Below are positions 17,928 to 26,602 of a DNA stretch of 32,000 nucleotides, in pieces. Numbering within the stretch: position 1 is the stretch's first letter; each line of letters opens with the position of its first letter. The stretch lies in assembly GCF_003945235.1 (NCBI RefSeq), contig NZ_RSDW01000001.1, forward strand, positions 4,050,001-4,082,000. The letters run 5' to 3'. The position numbers were made by a program, and so were the translations under genes. This stretch comes from Edaphobacter aggregans. GTDB lineage: Bacteria; Acidobacteriota; Terriglobia; Terriglobales; Acidobacteriaceae. Below the pieces are notes generated by a model. The model searched no databases and was not told the DNA's origin. It saw only the letters and a list, made by a program, of their open reading frames with translations.

Positions 17928-20561
17928 TTAGAAGTTGAACGAGATCTGCCCGCTGACGGTTCGTGGCGAGACAAAGTGCGTTCCACTAAACGTCGACAGG
18001 AAGTTATACAGCGCGTACTTGTTCGTCACATTGACTGCCGTTATGCTCAGGTTCGTCTTCAGACGATCACGGTGCAGGATGTTGTCCCACCCCATCGCCA
18101 TGTCGAACATCGTGCGTGGCGCTACACGCGGCGGGTTGCGGTCATCGTTCTCCGTTCCAGGCTTCGGCAGTGAGAGAAGCGGAGAGGACAACTGTCCCGT
18201 CGGGCAGCTAATCAGGGGTGCAGTGCGTGTGGCCTGCACACCGCCGCAATTCAAAAGAATCTGCGTCTGCTGATCTGCTGTCAGGTAGGTCAGGTCGGTA
18301 GGAGTCTGGCCATTGTCGATCGGCGCATTTCCAGCCACCAGTCCGCTCTCATACCTCCACGTAAACCCATACCAGGGAGCGTTCGGCTTTGGCTGATACT
18401 GCAGATGTGTCGTTTGCTGGAAGGCCTGATCGTGATCGATCCGGAAGGGAGCCGTGCTCGAAGTAGTCGGGTTGTTGAACAGAATGCCGCCGATCTCCGG
18501 CCCGAAGAATCTCGAACGTGTATGCCCAAGCACAGCATAGGCGGATACGCCATGTATCTCAGGAACCGTCGCCTTCACTCCGAAGCCATCGATCTTCGAT
18601 TTCGTCCACTCAATCGGAAACGCCAGCGGCGTATTGAGCAGAACATCGAAGTCGAAATCACGATCGGTGTACTTCCAGAAGTACTCGCCATTGACGATCA
18701 GGTGTTTGCCAACGCCTTGCTCAAACCCGGCGTCGTACTGGCTGCGGCTTGCCGGCCTCAGGGGAACAGCACCATAACCCGCTCCTTCCAGTCCACCGAT
18801 GCCGGTTGAACTCGAAACGATCAGGTTCTCGTTGTACGGCGTCAGGAAAAGCTTTCCATAGCCCAGCCGAAAGACAGTGTTTGTCTGCTTCAGGCTGTAA
18901 GTGCCGCCCAGCCGAGGTTGCGCCATCGAGCGGCTGCTGATGCCGTTGTAGTTGTCGAAGCGTCCGCCAACGAGGAATGACCAGTTCTTCCACACGATGT
19001 TGTCCTGCACATAGATCGCCTGCTGCTTGATGTCCGTGCGGCCATTGAACTGGAAGAGCTTGCCTCCGCGTGTAAGGTCAAACGGTGCAGTCCCAGCGTT
19101 GTAGTTGGGATTGGGCGTATCGCCTTCCGGACAGTTCTCCGGATCATTGGCGTCAGGATTCGTATCTGGAGCGCCATTCGCGTTCAGGCAGGGCGCATTG
19201 AATGCCGCGTCCGTAATGCCGAGCGAGAAACCTTCATGCAAAAACGTGTGATAGAACATCACGCCGGTCTTGATAGTGTGAATGCCGACGGAATAGCTGT
19301 AATCCGCCTTGATACCGGCATTCCGCAGGCTGCGATCCTGAGCCAGCGTCGCCGGCGTATCGTCGAACGCGTTCTTGCTCGGGTAGTAGTGGAAGTTGTC
19401 CTGCCGCATATAAGGATTTACCGAGATCAAGCTGCGCGCATTGATAATATGTGTCCACGAGGGTGACAAATTGTAGCTGAAGATCTGGCTGCGCTGATCC
19501 TGTCCCGAAGCCTGCTGATCATACTGATTCGGATTCTGAGACCAGGTTCGCGACAAGCTCAAATTCAACTGCAGCGAGTCGACATCGCTCAAGTGATAGT
19601 CGACGCGGTCGAAGAAGTTTTGATTGTTGCCATGGGCATGAAGCGGCAGATACTCCGGCGTGTCCAGGTATCGCCCGCTGTCCACAGCGTCGAAGGTCGC
19701 GAAGTTGCCGAAGCGTGCCGTCCCGAAGCCGAGCGTTGCACTTCCATTCGCCGTGCCGAAGGAGCCGTAGTCGAACGAGAGCGACCCCGTCGGATGAGAC
19801 AGCCCCAGTCCCGAGCGTGTCGTCGTCTGCACAACCAGCGAAGCCTTGTCGCCATACTCCGGCGGAGCGATGCCATTGATCACATTGATCGACTGGATCG
19901 CATTAACCGAAAGCTGATTGCCAAAGACACGGCTCTGCTGATCGCTCACTGGCTGGCCGTCGATGGCGTACGTGGTGTCGGCATGTTCTCCCATGGGATG
20001 AAACAAGCCGTTCGAGTCGGATGCAATGCCCGGCGTGCTCAGCGTCACAAGCGAGCTCAGCGGGGCGCCCACGCTCTCCGTAGGCAGCCGCGAAAACAAG
20101 TTGCGGTCAACAGCGGAAGCGGACGTAGGATCGCCGCTTATGGTGTCGTCAGCCTCTGCTTTCACGCTGATGACCTCATCGCTCGCGGCTACTGCCAGTT
20201 TGAAGTCGACCGTAGTGTTGGCAGCGGTGCGAATTATGGCATCCTGTGCCGCGGACTGAAAGCCTCGCATCTCGACAGAGACGTGATAGCGATTGAACGG
20301 CAGATTGCTGAAGTGGAATTGCCCCGCCGCATCGGTTTGAGTCGTCTGAGAGTGTCCGCTAACCGGGTTGAGCACCGTCACCGTTGCACTGGAGACCACC
20401 GCGCCCGTGACGTCAGTCACTGTACCGGTGATGTTGCCGGCAGTACCTTGCGCCACCGCGCTGGTACCCAGCAATATCAAGGCAAACGCAAACAGAAAAA
20501 ATCGGGTAAAGATAGATCCGCACATAAGGATGGAGTAACTCCTGTCGAGCTCAAAGAGCAT
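17928..20561 (-). CDS. TonB-dependent receptor with N-terminal carboxypeptidase-regulatory-like domain
   Basis: 877-aa ORF. Signal peptide (FLFAFALILLGTSAVAQG), CarboxypepD_reg-like segment (GNITGTVTDVTGAVVSSATVTVLNPVSGH...AGQFHFSNLPFNRYHVSVEMRGF), a long beta-rich barrel, and a C-terminus ...VSGQISFNF ending in an aromatic residue. An alternative start at Met13 (20525) is possible. Confidence 0.85.
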   Translation of the reverse strand: MLFELDRSYSILMCGSIFTRFFLFAFALILLGTSAVAQGTAGNITGTVTDVTGAVVSSATVTVLNPVSGHSQTTQTDAAGQFHFSNLPFNRYHVSVEMRGFQSAAQDAIIRTAANTTVDFKLAVAASDEVISVKAEADDTISGDPTSASAVDRNLFSRLPTESVGAPLSSLVTLSTPGIASDSNGLFHPMGEHADTTYAIDGQPVSDQQSRVFGNQLSVNAIQSINVINGIAPPEYGDKASLVVQTTTRSGLGLSHPTGSLSFDYGSFGTANGSATLGFGTARFGNFATFDAVDSGRYLDTPEYLPLHAHGNNQNFFDRVDYHLSDVDSLQLNLSLSRTWSQNPNQYDQQASGQDQRSQIFSYNLSPSWTHIINARSLISVNPYMRQDNFHYYPSKNAFDDTPATLAQDRSLRNAGIKADYSYSVGIHTIKTGVMFYHTFLHEGFSLGITDAAFNAPCLNANGAPDTNPDANDPENCPEGDTPNPNYNAGTAPFDLTRGGKLFQFNGRTDIKQQAIYVQDNIVWKNWSFLVGGRFDNYNGISSRSMAQPRLGGTYSLKQTNTVFRLGYGKLFLTPYNENLIVSSSTGIGGLEGAGYGAVPLRPASRSQYDAGFEQGVGKHLIVNGEYFWKYTDRDFDFDVLLNTPLAFPIEWTKSKIDGFGVKATVPEIHGVSAYAVLGHTRSRFFGPEIGGILFNNPTTSSTAPFRIDHDQAFQQTTHLQYQPKPNAPWYGFTWRYESGLVAGNAPIDNGQTPTDLTYLTADQQTQILLNCGGVQATRTAPLISCPTGQLSSPLLSLPKPGTENDDRNPPRVAPRTMFDMAMGWDNILHRDRLKTNLSITAVNVTNKYALYNFLSTFSGTHFVSPRTVSGQISFNF

Positions 20562-20660
20562 CGTGCTGGAAAAGCGCTAACGCGTACAGAAGCACGCGAG
20601 ACAGGTTGAAAAGACTGACGAAATTCGTTTCGGAAGCTTTCTGAAACCTGGAAGGGCGGA

Positions 20661-21017
20661 CTAAGCGCAGAGTTGATGAGTAGGAGGGGGGCGGCTAGCC
20701 ATCTCGAATCGCCACCGGAAGATACGTTGGGCATCCGCGGCGACAGAATCTAGAGCCTGGATCTGCAGCATTGGCTCAGGGGTAACGTGTAGCGACACCG
20801 GCAGAGCGGAATGCATCGCCACGCAAAGCGGACAATGATCGTCCGGAGTCGGTCGATTGTGCTGCGAGTTCTGTTTCAGTGCTGAGAACTCGGCATGGGT
20901 ATGGCACGCTAGTACAGTGCTCATCATGCAGACGACCAGAACGCACAGAATCGCAATCAGCCGAAGCCACATGGGCCGCTGCCGTTCGCTACCTCCGGGT
21001 TGAAAGATGGTCTGCAT
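20661..21017 (-). CDS. Small membrane-anchored Cys/His-rich protein (DUF2946-like by eye)
   Basis: 118-aa ORF (or 103 aa from Met16 at 20972). One N-terminal helix WLRLIAILCVLVVCMMSTVLA, then CHTH and DDHCPLCVAMH motifs. Sits directly upstream of, and co-directional with, the TonB-dependent receptor. Confidence 0.55.
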   Translation of the reverse strand: MQTIFQPGGSERQRPMWLRLIAILCVLVVCMMSTVLACHTHAEFSALKQNSQHNRPTPDDHCPLCVAMHSALPVSLHVTPEPMLQIQALDSVAADAQRIFRWRFEMASRPPPTHQLCA

Positions 21018-21136
21018 TCATTTCAGATGCTATTACCAGTTTTGCATATTTGAGGGGAGACACCAAACAACCCCACCTCCCTCTTGGTCTGCGTGCGCGT
21101 CTAACGTGATGGCACTAAACTGGCAAGACCGTTCTT

Positions 21137-22231
21137 ATGACGAACAAAAGAAAAGAGCCTGAAGGTAAGACGAAGCAGCCGCCCACAAAGTTTGCCGTCG
21201 CGCGGCTTCTTTTGGCTGGTGCTATGGCCATCTTTGCCTTATCGTTTGCCGCAGCTCAAAGCCAGAAGCCGCTGCCTCCATTGGACCCCGCGACGAATCC
21301 CCATCGCACACGATTGATTATGAAGGACGGTAGCTATCAGATCATCATGAGCTACCGCATCGTCGGCAACGTAGTCCGCTACGTCAGTGCAGAGCGAGGT
21401 GGTGCTGAAGAGGAGATTCCAGTCGACCTCGTCGACTTTGAGGCCACCCGCCGCTGGGAAAAACAACATACTGCTCCGGCAGCAGGCGACAGCGGCTCTT
21501 CCGAGACGCCCGCGATCGATCCTGAACTCCTCAAAGAAGAGGCCGAACGGGCATCTCTGACGCCAGAGGTCGCGAAAGACCTGCGCCTTCCTGAGCAAGA
21601 GAGCACGCTCATTCTGGACAACTATCAGGACACCCCTGAACTCGTCCCGCTAGGCCAGACCGAGGGCGATCTAAACCGGAGCACAGGTCACAACATCGTG
21701 CGCGGCGCCATCAATCCCATGTCGAGCGCTCACCAGATCGTTCAACTTAGAGGAGAGAAGGCAGCCATCCAACTCCACACCGACACTCCCACCCTATACA
21801 TCAGACTTGGAGACGCCGCGGCCGTATCCACCGGTGCAACACCGCTCACGGTCGACACCCACGGAGCCAGCGCCGCAAACAACGCGCCCTCGGGTGCATC
21901 GCCGAACAGCCGCTATGTCATCGTCCGTGCCGATGTCCGCACGGGCCTCCGCGTCATCTCCAGCTTTAAGATCGGTCTTCTGGGTGGGCAGCGACAGGAG
22001 GACGTCATTGAAACCACCACCGAGACTCTTCCCGGAGGTCACTGGATGAAGCTCACGCCACGTCAGTCCTTGACCTTCGGCGAGTACGCCCTGATGGAGG
22101 TCATCTCCGACAAAGACGTGAATCTCGGTGTGTGGGACTTCGGTGTCCATCCGGTTGCCCCGGAGAACCGCGATGTCATCAAGCCGGACCCAAAGCGTCC
22201 GCTGACGCTCGAACGCCGTCGGCCGGAATAA
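21137..22231 (+). CDS. Hypothetical exported or membrane-anchored protein
   Basis: 364-aa ORF. Basic N-terminus plus hydrophobic segment FAVARLLLAGAMAIFALSFAAAQS. No motif recognised. Confidence 0.65.
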   Translation: MTNKRKEPEGKTKQPPTKFAVARLLLAGAMAIFALSFAAAQSQKPLPPLDPATNPHRTRLIMKDGSYQIIMSYRIVGNVVRYVSAERGGAEEEIPVDLVDFEATRRWEKQHTAPAAGDSGSSETPAIDPELLKEEAERASLTPEVAKDLRLPEQESTLILDNYQDTPELVPLGQTEGDLNRSTGHNIVRGAINPMSSAHQIVQLRGEKAAIQLHTDTPTLYIRLGDAAAVSTGATPLTVDTHGASAANNAPSGASPNSRYVIVRADVRTGLRVISSFKIGLLGGQRQEDVIETTTETLPGGHWMKLTPRQSLTFGEYALMEVISDKDVNLGVWDFGVHPVAPENRDVIKPDPKRPLTLERRRPE

Positions 22232-22259
22232 GCATCAGCACGGAGTCAAAACGAGGCAA

Positions 22260-23384
22260 TCACCGAAGAACGTCGACCGCACTCCCTAGAGCCGAGACCG
22301 ACTGGCGCGAACCTCTGGATATGGATGCAGTCACTTCCCGTTGCATCATGAGCCCGCGTCCCATGACAGCGACATTATCACGCGTCGTTTTGGCCTCGTA
22401 CATCATCGTGTCAGCTGCTCGCAGAATCGCGGCCACAGTGTCCCCATCCTCCGGATAGGTCGCCAGTCCGAAGCTGCCGGAGAGAGCAAGCGAAAGCCCC
22501 GCCCCCTCCAGAAAACGTGTCGAACGAAGGTCGTCGCACACTGCCATTGTCGTTCCGGTCGCCGCGGCCTTACCCATGCCCGGCATCAGTGCGACGAACT
22601 CATCACCGCCGTAACGGAATGCCGCATTCGCTGGCCCCATGGCGCGCTTCAGCATGTTGCCTACTTCGGCGAGCAAGCGGCTCCCGATCAGGTGGCCATG
22701 CGTATCATTCACCGTCTTGAAGTAGTCAAGGTCAACAAACAGCAGGCTGAATTCCTTACTCTGTTTTACCTGTTCGTCCAGCATCGTATAGAGATGCCGC
22801 GCGTTGAACAGACCCGTCACGTCGTCCGTGATGGTCAGCTCCTGAATCAGCGTCATCGACCGTGCGTTCTGAATCGCGATCGCGGCGTAATCGCACAGGA
22901 TGCGTAGAAACGAGATCGAGTACTCCGAGAGCAGATCCAGTTTGCTGTTTAACAGCTGAATCACACCCAGCGTCTTGTTGCCCGAGCGCACCGGCACGCA
23001 GGCAATCGACTGAATGTTCAGGTCCGGATGCTTGGCCGCGAACGCAGACCAATGAGCGTCCAGCGCCACGTCGGGCACAACCAGCGGATTGCCCGTCGCC
23101 GCGACCCATCCCGCAACGCCTTCGCCAAGCGGAACACGCAGACCCTTCAGGCTCTCGGCGTTCTCTCCCACCGCAATCGCATAGTAGAGCTGTCCCGTGG
23201 CCTCATCGACCATCAGCATCGACCACCGCTCCGGTCCGAAGAAGTTCGCCATCTTGTCCATGATGGCGCCCAGAATCTCTTCCAACTCCAGGCTTGACGT
23301 CAACGCGCGCGCAACATCGTGAAAGACGCGCAGATGATCCATCTGCCGGCTTTCGATTACCTCGAACTGTCGCCTATCTTTCAC
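22260..23384 (-). CDS. GAF domain-containing diguanylate cyclase (GGDEF)
   Basis: 374-aa ORF. N-terminal GAF (LEEILGAIMDKM...GEGVAGWVAATGNPLVVPDV...GVIQLLN) and a C-terminal GGDEF domain with intact RYGGDEFVALMP. Confidence 0.88.
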   Translation of the reverse strand: MKDRRQFEVIESRQMDHLRVFHDVARALTSSLELEEILGAIMDKMANFFGPERWSMLMVDEATGQLYYAIAVGENAESLKGLRVPLGEGVAGWVAATGNPLVVPDVALDAHWSAFAAKHPDLNIQSIACVPVRSGNKTLGVIQLLNSKLDLLSEYSISFLRILCDYAAIAIQNARSMTLIQELTITDDVTGLFNARHLYTMLDEQVKQSKEFSLLFVDLDYFKTVNDTHGHLIGSRLLAEVGNMLKRAMGPANAAFRYGGDEFVALMPGMGKAAATGTTMAVCDDLRSTRFLEGAGLSLALSGSFGLATYPEDGDTVAAILRAADTMMYEAKTTRDNVAVMGRGLMMQREVTASISRGSRQSVSALGSAVDVLR

Positions 23385-23466
23385 AAAGATAATCCCCAGG
23401 AAAAAGTATTCATTTCATGCAGTGCTTCAAATACAGAATTGACCGAAGTCGGCAAAACAGCAACGC

Positions 23467-24567
23467 TCAGCCGCCAATATGGACCATATTTCGTGACGGT
23501 TTTTCAAAATCAGGCTCGCCGATGTGGTGACGCTCTTCTTTACGCAGCACAACCTTCCGTACATACGCGCTCAACTCTGCGTCGGTTCCACCGCGCAACA
23601 TCAGGCCATACATATCGTGATCGCTCTGCGAAAACAGACACGTTCGAATCTTTCCATCCGAAGTCAAACGCACTCGGCTGCAGTGTCTGCAGAAAGGCCG
23701 CGATACCGGCGCGATAATTCCAATCTCACCCACTCCATCATCGAACGTAAATCGCCGCGCAGTCTCACTTAAGGCATGCGGTGGTAACTCTACCAGTGGA
23801 CGAAACGCATTCAGCCGATCCACAAGCTCGTCCATGCGAACCACCGTCTCGGGCTTCCAACTGCGATCTTCCTCCAGCGGCATGAATTCAATAAACCGGA
23901 CGATGACTCCCTCACGCCGTGAAAATTCCGCAAACTTCTCGATCTCTCCATCATTGAAGCCGTGCAGTAGAACGCAGTTCACCTTCACCGGCCCCAACCC
24001 CACCTCCTGAGCCTTACGCACCCCAGCCAGCACCTTCTCGTAGCTCCGGGGAACCCGCGTAATCGCTGCAAAGATCTCCGGATCCACCGCATCCATGCTG
24101 ACTGTCACGCGATTCAGTCCCGCATCTTTCAGCGGAGCCGCTAGCCCTTCCAGCAGATGCCCATTCGTCGTCAGAGCAATATCCAGTGGCAGTCCATCTT
24201 CAGCAGGCGTCCCATCATGCAGAAATGCCGTCCGCATCTTCGCCAGTTCGCTGACCATCTCCACCAGACCAGTCCGCAACAGCGGCTCGCCCCCCGTCAG
24301 CCGAATCTTCTCAATCCCCAGCGAGACGAAAACCCGCACCATCCGCAGATAATCCTCAATCGCCAGCTCTGTATACTGAGCCCCCTCGTTCCCCGTCCGG
24401 CAGTACACGCACTTGTAGTTGCACCGGTCCGTCACCGAGACCCGCAGATCCGTAATCGCCCGCCCAAATTTATCCCGCAGCCTACCCTGAGGCGTCATGG
24501 CATCCGCATGTTCCAGCAGAGCCGTCGCGTCATCATCAACCGTCATGGAAGGGGCTATCGTAGCCAT
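23467..24567 (-). CDS. moaA: GTP 3',8-cyclase MoaA (radical SAM, molybdenum cofactor biosynthesis)
   Basis: Radical-SAM CNYKCVYCR, C-terminal cluster CRHCSRVRLTSDGKIRTC, GG tail (...MVHIGG). About 35 extra N-terminal residues compared with typical MoaA. Confidence 0.92.
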   Translation of the reverse strand: MATIAPSMTVDDDATALLEHADAMTPQGRLRDKFGRAITDLRVSVTDRCNYKCVYCRTGNEGAQYTELAIEDYLRMVRVFVSLGIEKIRLTGGEPLLRTGLVEMVSELAKMRTAFLHDGTPAEDGLPLDIALTTNGHLLEGLAAPLKDAGLNRVTVSMDAVDPEIFAAITRVPRSYEKVLAGVRKAQEVGLGPVKVNCVLLHGFNDGEIEKFAEFSRREGVIVRFIEFMPLEEDRSWKPETVVRMDELVDRLNAFRPLVELPPHALSETARRFTFDDGVGEIGIIAPVSRPFCRHCSRVRLTSDGKIRTCLFSQSDHDMYGLMLRGGTDAELSAYVRKVVLRKEERHHIGEPDFEKPSRNMVHIGG

Positions 24568-24687
24568 CGGCTTCGTCTCAAACTACAAGTATTTAGATGC
24601 GTCGAGTCGGCGATGGAAACAGAGTTACAGGGGATACAGTCCCTCAAGTATATCCGCCCTGAAAAAATTAGCGATTACAAATGAAAA

Positions 24688-24718
24688 GGTTACGCCGAAA
24701 AAAATGCCACCGGTAACC
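24688..24718 (-). terminator. Candidate terminator hairpin just after etfA
   Basis: On the minus strand: GGTTACCGgtggcatttttttCGgcGTAACC (6-bp stem, then 2 more bp across a 2-nt bulge) followed by TTTTCATTTG. It begins 3 nt after the etfA stop. Confidence 0.4.
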
Positions 24719-24720
24719 TA

Positions 24721-25689
24721 CTATCCCTTAGCCTCTCGCACCGCCTTCGTCAGCGCCGGAACCACCTCGAACAGATCCCCGACCACGCCGTAATCCGCGA
24801 CCTCGAAGATCGGCGCGTTCTCATCCTTATTGATCGCGATCACCGCCTTCGACCCCTTCATCCCCACCAGATGCTGAATCGCCCCCGAAATCCCAACCGC
24901 CAGATAAAGCTTCGGCGATACCGTCTGCCCTGAGCTGCCCACCTGCCTCTCCATCGGCAGCCAGCCGTTGTCGCAGATAGGCCTGCTCGCCGCCAGCTCA
25001 GCCCCCAGCGCCGCCGCCAACTCCTCGACGAGCCCGATATTCTCCTGCTCCCCGATCCCGCGCCCAACTGACACGATCACCGGAGCCACACTCAAATCCA
25101 CCGTCTGTGCCGACTCACGGAACAGCTCGCCCGGCTTATTGCGAATCTGCGAAGCCTCAAGCGCCGGCGCAAAAGTCTCCATCGCCACTGCTACTTCCGC
25201 TTCGGCTGCCCGAAACGACCCCGCCTGCACCGACACAAAGCACGGCCCCGCGCCCGTCTGCTTGTAATCCGCGTTCAGCTTGCCCTGCAGCAACTGCCGC
25301 ACAAAAACCGGCCCATCATGAATCGCCACCACGTCACTAATCAGCACCTGCCAGAACCGCGTAGCCAGCGCCGGAGCAAAATCTCGCACCTGGTACGTAT
25401 GCGGAAACACCACATACGCCGGCGCAACCTTCTTCACCAGCTGCTCCAGAGCCGCCACATAGCCATCCGCCGTGTACTCCTTCAGCAGCGCATGCTCCAC
25501 CGCATAAGCAGCATCCACCTTGCCGCTCGACGACCATCCACCAAGCGCCTGCAACCCCTCCCCCACCACAGCCGCCGACAAGCCCACTCCCAGCTCCGCC
25601 GCCAACTGCTGCCCCGCCGCAAGAGCCTCAAAGCTCATCTTGTTCCACGTACCCGCGCGCTGCTCCAGTACTACAAGAACTCCGCTCAT
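24721..25689 (-). CDS. etfA: Electron transfer flavoprotein subunit alpha (EtfA/FixB)
   Basis: 322-aa ORF. C-terminal FAD-binding region SRPICDNGWLPMERQVGSSGQTVSPKLYLAVGISGAIQHLVGM. Its start overlaps the etfB stop (ATGA). Confidence 0.9.
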   Translation of the reverse strand: MSGVLVVLEQRAGTWNKMSFEALAAGQQLAAELGVGLSAAVVGEGLQALGGWSSSGKVDAAYAVEHALLKEYTADGYVAALEQLVKKVAPAYVVFPHTYQVRDFAPALATRFWQVLISDVVAIHDGPVFVRQLLQGKLNADYKQTGAGPCFVSVQAGSFRAAEAEVAVAMETFAPALEASQIRNKPGELFRESAQTVDLSVAPVIVSVGRGIGEQENIGLVEELAAALGAELAASRPICDNGWLPMERQVGSSGQTVSPKLYLAVGISGAIQHLVGMKGSKAVIAINKDENAPIFEVADYGVVGDLFEVVPALTKAVREAKG

Positions 25690-26450
25690 ATTACCCTCAC
25701 CTCAAACTTCAGCTTCTCGACAATCTTTGCCGCAACCTCAGCAGGCGAACCCGTCAGCATCTCCGTCTTCTTCTGCTTCTCCGGCAGATACACCCGTTCT
25801 AGCGCAATCGCCTGCGCTCCAGCAGCGGCCGACGGCGTCACCGTCTTCGTCTCCTTCGTCTTAGCCTTCTTGATGCCCATCAGCGTCGCATATCGCAGCT
25901 TGTTTCCGCCCGACTGAATCGTCAGCAACGCGGGCAGCGGCATCTCCACATGCTGAAACCACCCATCCTCCAGCTCGCGCTTCACCTTCAGGCCCGAGCC
26001 CGTCACCTCCACATGCATGATGAGAGTCGCGTGCGGCATACCAAGCAGTTCGGCCAGCACAACACCCGTCTGCCCCAGCCCCAGATCGTCCGACTGCAAC
26101 CCCGTCAAAATCAAATCCGGCGACTCAGCCTTCATCGCATCGGCAAGAATCTGCGCCACGCCCAGCGTATCCCGCTCGCCTAGATCATCGGCCTCAATAT
26201 GAATCGCCCTGTCCGCGCCCTTCGCCAGAGCCTCCCGCAGCGTGCTCGTCACACGCTCCGGCCCGGCGCACACCACCACCACCTCGCCGCCATTCTTCTC
26301 CTTCAACTGCAACGCCTCTTCCAGCGCATACGCATCCGGTTCGTTGATGGTGTAGTTCAAATCGCTCTCGTCGATCCACTTGCCATCAGCGGCCACATGA
26401 ATCTGCGCATCCCGCTCCGGCACCTGCTTAATCGCCACAAGTATCTTCAT
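25686..26450 (-). CDS. etfB: Electron transfer flavoprotein subunit beta (EtfB/FixA)
   Basis: 254-aa ORF. MKILVAIKQVPE..., PDLILTGLQSDDLGLGQTGVVLAELLG. GAGAGGAACG precedes the ATG. Confidence 0.9.
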   Translation of the reverse strand: MKILVAIKQVPERDAQIHVAADGKWIDESDLNYTINEPDAYALEEALQLKEKNGGEVVVVCAGPERVTSTLREALAKGADRAIHIEADDLGERDTLGVAQILADAMKAESPDLILTGLQSDDLGLGQTGVVLAELLGMPHATLIMHVEVTGSGLKVKRELEDGWFQHVEMPLPALLTIQSGGNKLRYATLMGIKKAKTKETKTVTPSAAAGAQAIALERVYLPEKQKKTEMLTGSPAEVAAKIVEKLKFEVRVI

Positions 26451-26480
26451 CGTTCCTCTCTATAGCCGTTCAAATATTGC

Positions 26481-26552
26481 TGTGCCACCTAAGGAAGCCC
26501 CTTCGATTTTTATGCCACTTTGGAGCCCTATTTTTGTGCCACCTAAAGAAGC
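26481..26552. repeat. Three-copy degenerate direct repeat (TRTGCCACYT...RAGC) in the Fe-S oxidoreductase/etfB spacer
   Basis: TGTGCCACCTAAGGAAGC (26481-26498), TATGCCACTTTGGAGCC (26511-26527), TGTGCCACCTAAAGAAGC (26535-26552). The outer copies are 17/18 identical, and each copy is preceded by a T-run. Confidence 0.6.
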
Positions 26553-26602
26553 GTCATCCTGAGCGAAGGCGGCGCTTTGCCGCCGTAGTCGAAGGACCTG
26601 CC
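26553..26602. repeat. REP-like GC hairpin element (gtcatcctgagcgaagg...gtcgaaggacc type)
   Basis: GTCATCCTGAGCGAAGGCGGCGCTTTGCCGCCGTAGTCGAAGGACCTGCC. It has a 6-bp all-GC stem (26568-26573 / 26579-26584) and CGAAGG direct repeats on both sides. From memory, similar sequences recur in acidobacterial intergenic regions; I could not verify this here. Confidence 0.4.

Noticed and set aside
19593-20609. Listed 338-aa + ORF opposite the TonB-dependent receptor
   Set aside because: It is Arg-rich and low-complexity with no signal or domain features. The opposite strand encodes a convincing 877-aa receptor.
24568-24687. Possible Moco riboswitch in the moaA leader
   Set aside because: Moco RNA motifs often precede moaA. 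However, I could not find the conserved elements I remember (a CUCCGAGCC-like segment, a GGAAAGG-like segment near the RBS) in the minus-strand leader. Only small generic hairpins are present. An Infernal scan with RF01055 would settle it.
26481-26552. Sigma-54 promoters or a mini-CRISPR, as explanations for the GTGGCAC repeats
   Set aside because: On the minus strand each copy reads TGGCA(C/T), but the position 10 nt after GG is never GC/TTGC (the sequences there are TATT, TCGA and TAGG), so the -24/-12 geometry fails. Three degenerate copies with spacings of 30 and 24 nt and no cas genes do not make a CRISPR array.
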